From NCBI GenBank assembly GCA_036522415.1, contig DATDFV010000230.1:43783-107782 (forward strand): a DNA stretch of 64,000 bases, read 5' to 3'. Within the stretch, counting starts at the first letter, position 1, and each line of letters begins with the position of its first letter. The position numbers were made by a program, and so were the translations under genes. This stretch comes from Pyrinomonadaceae bacterium. Its GTDB lineage: Bacteria; Acidobacteriota; Blastocatellia; Pyrinomonadales; Pyrinomonadaceae. The notes beneath the pieces are model-generated. The model had not been told where the DNA came from, searched no databases, and saw nothing but the letters and a program-made list of their open reading frames with translations. Of the stretch, positions 58,226 to 64,000 are shown piece by piece.

Positions 58226-58795
58226 TCAAGTCGCTTCCCGAATTGCCTTCAGGAGGAGGTCGTTTAGTCCTAACTTATTGGCCCAACTCGTCATGTAGGA
58301 CAGATCTAACTGATTACGGTTAATAGCAAGGACACCTACAACGTCAGTCCATTGAGTATTTGACGTTTCATTCCCGACACGATACCAGTTGAGCTTTGCG
58401 AGCACTGTGTCCTCTGCGCTTATGACGAAGATCTTATGTTCCGTGCCTGGTATCTCCCTCAATTGTCTTCGTTGCAACTGGGCAGTCGAAAAGTCATCAC
58501 GAGGAGAGATGAAGATGTCTACTTTGAAAACAGCCTCATAATGGATGGCATTAAAAGATCGTCGCTGAGCGATTGCCTCGCGAATTACTCGCTCATCCAC
58601 ATAGAACTCGTCGCGAAGTGTGATAAACAAACTCGTTGCTTGCGACATTTCAACATCTGCAAGAAGATCGATGTCAGCGGTTGATCGATACAGTCCGTGG
58701 ATTGAACTGGCGAGCGACCCAACGAGTGCATAGGTGATTCCCTGTCCTTCCAGGGCTGAAGTTACCTGGGCCAGCACTGATATTGCCAACCCCAT
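58226..58795 (-). CDS. minimal nucleotidyltransferase (Pol-beta superfamily) domain protein
   Basis: GS...DID motif (LVGSLASSIHGLYRSTADIDLL). 189 aa. Its start overlaps the upstream gene's stop by 1 nt. Confidence 0.6.
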   Translation of the reverse strand: MGLAISVLAQVTSALEGQGITYALVGSLASSIHGLYRSTADIDLLADVEMSQATSLFITLRDEFYVDERVIREAIAQRRSFNAIHYEAVFKVDIFISPRDDFSTAQLQRRQLREIPGTEHKIFVISAEDTVLAKLNWYRVGNETSNTQWTDVVGVLAINRNQLDLSYMTSWANKLGLNDLLLKAIREAT

Positions 58796-59055
58796 CAGCG
58801 ATCCTCGGTGTCCGGATCGAAGCCAAACACATGAATAACTTCCTCGCGAGATAAAACGCGCGCAATGAATTTGCGTCGGAGTGTTGCCTCATCCGCGTTA
58901 GGATTTCGGTACTGAAGATCAGCCATAATAAGTGCACGCGTCGCTTCAGTGAGATCCAGTGCTAGTTTGAGGCGTTGTGCAGGAGAGAGACTGCGCATCA
59001 TTTCATAATGCTTCAGCTGAGCCTCTGGTGATGTGTCCGGTGAGAGTGGTTTCAT
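58795..59055 (-). CDS. small helical protein (86 aa), translationally coupled partner of the nucleotidyltransferase
   Basis: TGATG overlap with the downstream nucleotidyltransferase gene. No recognisable domain. Confidence 0.45.
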   Translation of the reverse strand: MKPLSPDTSPEAQLKHYEMMRSLSPAQRLKLALDLTEATRALIMADLQYRNPNADEATLRRKFIARVLSREEVIHVFGFDPDTEDR

Positions 59056-59067
59056 AAAGCACCGTGT

Positions 59068-60216
59068 TTACGGACTCTTTTCTTTCAGCAACTGGCTCGC
59101 AATCACAATCTTCTGAATCTCGGAAGTGCCTTCGTAGATCCGAAGCGCGCGCACGTCGCGATAAAGGCGTTCAACAACACTGCCACGCACTAAGCCGGAG
59201 CCACCATGGATTTGCACCGCGCTATCAATAATTCGACCAGCCGCTTCGGTCGCAAATAATTTCGCCTCGCTTGCCTCGCGTGTCACTCTTTGCGAGCCAG
59301 TGTCTTTCTGATAAGCGGCGCGATAGACGAGCAGACGAGCGGCATCCAGTTCAGTAATCATGTCAGCCAGCTTTTCCTGAACCAGCTGATGTTCCGCGAG
59401 TAAACGTCCGAATTGTTTTCGTGACGATGCGTAACGGACGGCTTCGTCGAGTGCACGTTGCGCCATTCCGCACGCTGCTGCTCCCACGCTGGGACGAAAC
59501 ACATCGAGCGTCTCCATCGCCAAAGCAAATCCGTCGCCTTCGTTACCAATCATATCTTCCATTGGCACCCGGCAATTCTCGAATTGAATTTCGCCGATTG
59601 GATGAGGTGACATTAAGGCGGTACGTTCGACCACTGTTACACCCGGCACCTTCGCACCGACAACAAACGCGGACAAAGCTGCGCGTCCACCTTCACGAGT
59701 TCCGGTTCGCGCAAACACCGTGTAGAAGTCGGCAATGCCTGCGTTTGAAATAAACCGCTTGCGGCCATTGATAACGTAAGTATCACCGTCAGCTTGGGCC
59801 GTGGTTTGTATTGCGGACACGTCTGAGCCTGCTTCCGGCTCCGTTAATGCAAAGGCTGCGATTGCCCGACCACCAGAGGCGCGGGTAAGCCAAAATTCTC
59901 GGATGTGATCGTGCGCTGCCTGACTAATTGCATACGTGCCGAGTCCCTGCATGACGAAAGCCAGATCCGCCAGCGACGATGAAGAGGCCAGTTTTTCGCG
60001 TATCAAGCAGACCGTGCGACTGTCGATCTTGGTTTCGAGTGGGACACAGCAGCCGAGCAAACCAGCTTTCGCCAATACTTCGACGAAATGACGTGCAAGC
60101 TCCTCAATGTCTTGTTCGTCATTAGCATGTGGTTCGATCTCGCGCTTTACAAACTCGTCGACATCCTTTGCGAGCTTTCGATGTTCGGGAGTGAAAAAGG
60201 GTAGTGTTTCGATCAT
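59068..60216 (-). CDS. acyl-CoA dehydrogenase
   Basis: ACAD motifs (LTEPEAGSD, catalytic region YEGTSEIQ). Confidence 0.9.
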   Translation of the reverse strand: MIETLPFFTPEHRKLAKDVDEFVKREIEPHANDEQDIEELARHFVEVLAKAGLLGCCVPLETKIDSRTVCLIREKLASSSSLADLAFVMQGLGTYAISQAAHDHIREFWLTRASGGRAIAAFALTEPEAGSDVSAIQTTAQADGDTYVINGRKRFISNAGIADFYTVFARTGTREGGRAALSAFVVGAKVPGVTVVERTALMSPHPIGEIQFENCRVPMEDMIGNEGDGFALAMETLDVFRPSVGAAACGMAQRALDEAVRYASSRKQFGRLLAEHQLVQEKLADMITELDAARLLVYRAAYQKDTGSQRVTREASEAKLFATEAAGRIIDSAVQIHGGSGLVRGSVVERLYRDVRALRIYEGTSEIQKIVIASQLLKEKSP

Positions 60217-60237
60217 AATTCTTCGTCAGTTGCTGAT

Positions 60238-60360
60238 TTGGCCTTTGGCCTTCGGTCTTCGGTCTTTGGCCTTCGGTCTTCGGTCTCGACCTGAAGCAGG
60301 TTTCAAATCTGGGAAAGACCGACGAGCAAGACCGAAGGCCAAAGACCGAAGGCCAAAAGC
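60238..60360. repeat. family F heptamer-array palindrome (GGYCTTY)
   Basis: ggccttt ggccttc ggtcttc ggtcttt ggccttc ggtcttc ggtctcg, then a loop, then the inverted array. Confidence 0.85.
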
Positions 60361-60362
60361 CA

Positions 60363-61157
60363 TCATTGAAATCTCGGTTTCCGCTTCTCAACAAACGCTT
60401 GGTAGGCTTCGCGATAATCCGGGTGCTGCATACAAATAGCTTGAGCGAGCGCCTCCGCTTCCAGTGCTGTATCGAGACTGCTGAAGAGCTCACGGTTCAG
60501 CATCTCTTTCGTCTTCGCCAAAGCGAACGCCGGACCCTCTGCCAGTCGTTCGGCAAATTCGCGCGTTGTACTTGCTAGCTGATCGATGGAAACCACGCGA
60601 TTGTAAAGACCAACTCGTTCGGCTTCGACTGCGGAAATGAATTCGCCCATGTAGAGAAGTTCGGTCGCCTTTGCAAGTCCAATCACCCTTGGTAGCAGAT
60701 AAGCCGCACCCATATCCGCACCAGACAATCCTACTTTTACAAACAGGAACGCGATCTTGGCCTCTTCGCTCGCAATGCGAATGTCTGAAGCTAATGCGAT
60801 GCACGCACCTGCTCCTGCTGTTGTGCCGTTCAAGCTCGCGATGACGGGTTGGGGCGCAGCACGAATGTTATGAACTAGCTCGCAAGTCATTCGTGTGAAC
60901 TCGAGCAAGCCTTCCATATCGCGATTGAAGAGTTCACCAATGATGTCATGAACGTCTCCACCTGAGCAGAACGCTCGCCCGGCTCCGGTGATCACGGTTA
61001 CCCGGATGTTCGTTTCAGTGCGAAGATCCGCGAAGAAAGCTGTCAATTCACGGTACACGTCAAACGTCAGCGCGTTCAAACGCTCTGGTCGATTGAGCGT
61101 TATCGTTGCGATGCCTTTCGAGTCTACTTCGAACTGGAAATGCAAAGGCTGCTTCAT
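60363..61157 (-). CDS. enoyl-CoA hydratase/isomerase (crotonase family)
   Basis: ITLNRPERLNAL, oxyanion-hole GAGRAFCSGGD. Confidence 0.9.
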   Translation of the reverse strand: MKQPLHFQFEVDSKGIATITLNRPERLNALTFDVYRELTAFFADLRTETNIRVTVITGAGRAFCSGGDVHDIIGELFNRDMEGLLEFTRMTCELVHNIRAAPQPVIASLNGTTAGAGACIALASDIRIASEEAKIAFLFVKVGLSGADMGAAYLLPRVIGLAKATELLYMGEFISAVEAERVGLYNRVVSIDQLASTTREFAERLAEGPAFALAKTKEMLNRELFSSLDTALEAEALAQAICMQHPDYREAYQAFVEKRKPRFQ

Positions 61158-61180
61158 GTTTTTTTTGGTTTGGCAGACAG

Positions 61181-61582
61181 TTAGCTCAACACAGCAATAG
61201 CTTCAATTTCAACCTTCGCAGCTCCGTCTAACAGGCCTTTCACTTCCAGCAAGACCATTGCGGGGTAATGTTTGCCCATGTGTTTTCGATAACGTTGACC
61301 GACCTCTTTTGTGCTTGCCAGGTATTCTGCTTTATTAGTCACGTAGATCCCGAGACGCGTGATGTTGGTTGGATTGCCGCCCGCTTCAGTTAAAACAGAA
61401 ATCACATTAGCGAGAGCTTGGTCAAACTGTTCGACGAAATTATCGCTCACGATCTGCTGGTCCTCATTCCAGGCAATCTGGCCGGCAATGAACAGCAACT
61501 TACCACTCCCATTAACCAGAATTCCGTTTGAGTAACCCCGCGGAAAACCGAGCGCGGTGGGGTTTATTGTTTTGGATGACAT
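61181..61582 (-). CDS. ridA: RidA/YjgF-family reactive-intermediate deaminase
   Basis: 133 aa, full RidA fold (GKLLFIAGQIAW...). Confidence 0.85.
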   Translation of the reverse strand: MSSKTINPTALGFPRGYSNGILVNGSGKLLFIAGQIAWNEDQQIVSDNFVEQFDQALANVISVLTEAGGNPTNITRLGIYVTNKAEYLASTKEVGQRYRKHMGKHYPAMVLLEVKGLLDGAAKVEIEAIAVLS

Positions 61583-61635
61583 CGGCCCTGAAGGTTAAAG
61601 GTTGAGAGATGAATAGTAAATAGGGCTTTGAGGTT

Positions 61636-61693
61636 GGTCAGTGGTTATGGTGTTATAGGTCCTATGCGTCCTATAGGTCCTATCCACTGACCG
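61636..61693. repeat. family G element flanked by a 9-bp inverted repeat
   Basis: ggtcagtgg...ttataggtcct atgcgtcct ataggtcct at...ccactgacc. Confidence 0.75.
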
Positions 61694-61694
61694 T

Positions 61695-61727
61695 CAAAAC
61701 AAAAGAGCTGCCCGGTTGGCAGCTCTT
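61695..61727 (-). terminator. intrinsic terminator of the TlpA-like gene
   Basis: Minus strand: AAGAGCTGCC-ACCG-GGCAGCTCTT followed by TTTTGTTTT. Confidence 0.65.
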
Positions 61728-61750
61728 TAGTTTCGAACAATGCGCCCGCT

Positions 61751-62278
61751 TCACAGAATCCGATCGAGTCGGGAAGCTAACTGAGTGGTCAAGTTGCCAT
61801 TTGGATCCAGACCGCCAATTGGACCGCCAACAATATTGCCTTGCTTGTCCAGAATGATTATTGACGGCAATTGATCCACACCCATGCGTTTCGATACCAC
61901 ACCGTCAGGGTCACGCAGCACGGTGACCTTCAAACCATATTTCTGTGCGAAGCCGCGCAATTGATCGTCACTCGCGTAATTCTTTGACTTTGAATCTTCT
62001 GATTCAGTGCTGACCCAATAAACCACCACGCCGCGTTCGCTGTAGTCATCGGCCAACTTCCGAACACCCTGGAGCTGTGTCTTTGATAACGGTAACCAGG
62101 ACGCGCCAAAGGCCATAACTACAACCTCGCCACGCAAGCTATCTGAGGTTACAGTCTGGCCATCGATAGACCGCAGCGAAAAATCCGCTGGAGCGTGGTT
62201 CTGTGCACCCAAAGCGAGGCATCCAGCCAACAACAGTAGCGAGCCCGCGATAAAGTGATTTCGTTTGCTCAGAAGCAT
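61751..62278 (-). CDS. TlpA/redoxin-like thioredoxin-fold protein lacking both active-site cysteines
   Basis: AFGASWLPLS aligns with the canonical FWASWCGPC (C to L and C to S). Signal peptide from MLLSKRNHFIAGSLLLLAGC, GGAGA RBS. The ORF track extends to 62443. Confidence 0.7.
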   Translation of the reverse strand: MLLSKRNHFIAGSLLLLAGCLALGAQNHAPADFSLRSIDGQTVTSDSLRGEVVVMAFGASWLPLSKTQLQGVRKLADDYSERGVVVYWVSTESEDSKSKNYASDDQLRGFAQKYGLKVTVLRDPDGVVSKRMGVDQLPSIIILDKQGNIVGGPIGGLDPNGNLTTQLASRLDRIL

Positions 62279-62345
62279 TCTCGTCTCCTCTGCCGAAAGC
62301 TTTGTTGAGTCTTTCGGCAATGCTTTAGATGAGCCCGCGCGACTT

Positions 62346-62987
62346 TTAGTTGGAATTGGGCCCACTGCGAGCCGGCGCGCATACACCGAAGATTTCCGAG
62401 TGAAGACGGTCGTAATCATCCCACGTATCGAGGTCTCGGGCAACGTAGGGGGAATCTACCTCGACGCGTCGAACGTCAGCCTTGTGACGTTCAAACAAAC
62501 CTTTCAAACCGGTTGCAGGTTCAAGCTCCAGCAGGTCAGCCCGAAAACTAAGATCGACGAGCACCGGGTGTCCGCCATCGCCTTGCCACGTAGGCTTTAC
62601 CAGGCGATAACCTCTTGACCATTCACTCAAAATGGAGGCGATTACCGCCGGCGGAATTGCCGGGTAATCAGCAGGCGAGATCAAGACAGCGCCGGTAGAG
62701 GCTGGAAGCTGTCGGACTCCAGCTGCAATAGAAGCCGCCATTTCACTTGCAGGATCGGAATTGACTGCAAACAGAACTGGATAGTTGGAGAGTTGTTTGC
62801 GAATGTCATCAGCGCGATAGCCAACAACGACTACCACGGAATCAACGCCGCCGGTTGTCAGGTAATTGATGCAGGACTCAATGACAGTGGTTTTGCCAAA
62901 AGGAAGAAGCGGCTTGAACGCACCCATCCGACGCGATTGTCCGGCAGCGAGAAGAATGGCTGAGACAGAACCAAGATCAGGTGACAT
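62346..62987 (-). CDS. MobA/MocA-like molybdenum cofactor nucleotidyltransferase
   Basis: LLAAGQSRRMG...KPLLPF nucleotidyltransferase motif. Start at MSPDLG. The upstream ORF-track extension is a translated family D repeat. Confidence 0.75.
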   Translation of the reverse strand: MSPDLGSVSAILLAAGQSRRMGAFKPLLPFGKTTVIESCINYLTTGGVDSVVVVVGYRADDIRKQLSNYPVLFAVNSDPASEMAASIAAGVRQLPASTGAVLISPADYPAIPPAVIASILSEWSRGYRLVKPTWQGDGGHPVLVDLSFRADLLELEPATGLKGLFERHKADVRRVEVDSPYVARDLDTWDDYDRLHSEIFGVCAPARSGPNSN

Positions 62988-63059
62988 TTTGCTTTGGGTG
63001 TTTGGTCTTTGAACCGGGGCCTCTGTCTTGGATGAAGTCTCGCGTCCATCCTCGGGTAC

Positions 63060-63296
63060 TCCGTCGAACAGAAGCACCCAAATTGGATATACGCAAGCTC
63101 CTCTGTCGGAGCGCGGCCGTCCTCGGACGCCCCCGTCGAACAGAACCACCAAAATCGGATCGCGTAAGTCAGCGGCTGAGAGAAAGTTGAACAGTGTATT
63201 CCAGTTCAAGTGGTTTTGTTCGACGGGGGCGGCCGAGGACGGCCGCGCTCCGACAGAAGAGCTTGCGCGTATCCGATTCCGATGCTTCTGTTCGAC
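63060..63296. repeat. family D REPIN-like doublet
   Basis: ccgtcgaacagaag...ctcctctgtcggagcgcggccgtcctcggacgcccccgtcgaacag and inverted cgacgggggcggccgaggacggccgcgctccgacagaagag...ttctgttcgacg. Confidence 0.8.
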
Positions 63297-63378
63297 GCGG
63301 TGCCTCGAGAAACGCACGCCGAAGTAGCACACCGTCAAAATGCTCAAAAATCCAGGGCCAAACGCCCAAAGTCAAGAC

Positions 63379-64000
63379 CTAGCCCCCAACCAACTCATTA
63401 AGTGCCTTGATCGTGTACTGTCGCGCCATCTGTTTTCGCCATTGATACACGAAGTCAGTGTTATCCAGTGGGCGTGCTTTGACGTACGCAGCCTCGGCTG
63501 CCGCTTGAATGTTGTCGTTGTCGAGTGGCTTGCCGATAAGTGCGGTTGCCGCTTCCTTAACCTCGATTGGTGAAGGGGCGATGCCACCCAGCACAACCCT
63601 TGCCTCACTTACAGCATGTCGATCGTGTTTGACATAAGCAGCCACACCAAGGACCGGAAAATCGAAGGCGCCGCGACGTCTCAGTTTTTGATACGAGGCA
63701 CGCCAACCATTCGTCGCAGGTAATTCGATACTGACGAGCAGTTCGTCAGGACGCTTACTCAAGTAGTCGATACCGTCGTCGTTGTATAGCCCTGCGGCAT
63801 GAACAACACGATCTCCGAGAGTCGACGTGAACCGGAGCTTGGCACCGATTGCGACCATTACCGGAACAAGATCGGATGACTGAACCGCCCAACACTTGGA
63901 ACTACCAGGCGCGACCCAACAGACGTCGCCATCTTTCTTCAGACAGAAGTTAATGCCTTTGCGCCACTCGAAGTTTTGATCGTAATAATTACATCTCGTG
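63379..64000 (-). CDS. xanthine dehydrogenase/CO dehydrogenase-family FAD-binding subunit (CoxM-like), N-terminally truncated by the window end
   Basis: FAD-binding-domain motif (VLGGIAPSPI) and CO-DH flavoprotein C-terminal domain. The reading frame stays open to position 64000. Confidence 0.7.
   Translation of the reverse strand, partial: TRCNYYDQNFEWRKGINFCLKKDGDVCWVAPGSSKCWAVQSSDLVPVMVAIGAKLRFTSTLGDRVVHAAGLYNDDGIDYLSKRPDELLVSIELPATNGWRASYQKLRRRGAFDFPVLGVAAYVKHDRHAVSEARVVLGGIAPSPIEVKEAATALIGKPLDNDNIQAAAEAAYVKARPLDNTDFVYQWRKQMARQYTIKALNELVGG

Noticed and set aside
1-64000. Search for tRNA, rRNA, tmRNA, RNase P or riboswitch (SAM-I/SAM-II) signatures, especially upstream of the sulfur operon
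   Set aside because: No cloverleaf-compatible tRNA candidates, no rRNA-like conserved blocks and no recognisable SAM riboswitch consensus were seen by eye. A covariance-model scan would be needed to be certain.

Overview
This 64-kb window is a gene-dense bacterial chromosomal segment of roughly 50-55% GC. Its gene content (OPT transporter, flotillin, CHRD and PilZ proteins, the CysO/Mec system) is compatible with a soil bacterium such as an Acidobacterium, but that is only an inference. I call about 55 protein-coding genes and see no rRNA, tRNA or CRISPR array.

Notable coding content:
- A 5'-partial acyl-CoA dehydrogenase, and a cadD-family gene broken by two frameshifts.
- A sulfur-amino-acid operon: a CysM-type cysteine synthase, a MetB/MetY/MetZ-family PLP enzyme, a JAMM/Mec protease, and an in-frame CysO(ThiS/MoaD-like)-MoeZ(E1+rhodanese) fusion.
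- A LytS/LytTR two-component pair, and a hybrid histidine kinase plus a sigma-54 activator.
- An HD-GYP/GAF/GGDEF protein, an OPT transporter, and a flotillin-like SPFH protein.
- A tryptophan-to-anthranilate catabolic cluster on the minus strand: kynA, kynU, a benzoate/anthranilate-type CoA ligase, FAD monooxygenase, acyl-CoA dehydrogenase, enoyl-CoA hydratase and RidA, plus an OYE-family reductase gene convergent on the plus strand.
- A REP-associated tyrosine transposase (RAYT), and a two-gene nucleotidyltransferase module.

The operon is preceded by what looks like a classic attenuator: a sigma70-like promoter, a 33-codon ORF with 7 Cys codons, and an intrinsic terminator 18 nt before the cysM ATG.

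The most striking non-coding signal is an extreme density of intergenic palindromic repeat elements. By my own approximate tally there are about 35 copies covering about 6% of the window. They fall into several classes:
- REPIN doublets (families C and D), one pair flanking the RAYT gene.
- A MITE-like family (B) with 24-bp terminal inverted repeats.
- An unusual class of hairpin elements whose arms are tandem heptanucleotide arrays. Each family uses a different heptamer: A is AGATCYC, E is TTTGTNC/TCTCTGC, F is GGYCTTY, H is TCATTTS.
- A 9-mer-based family (G: ATAGGNCCT).

Several six-frame ORFs are simply translations of these repeats.
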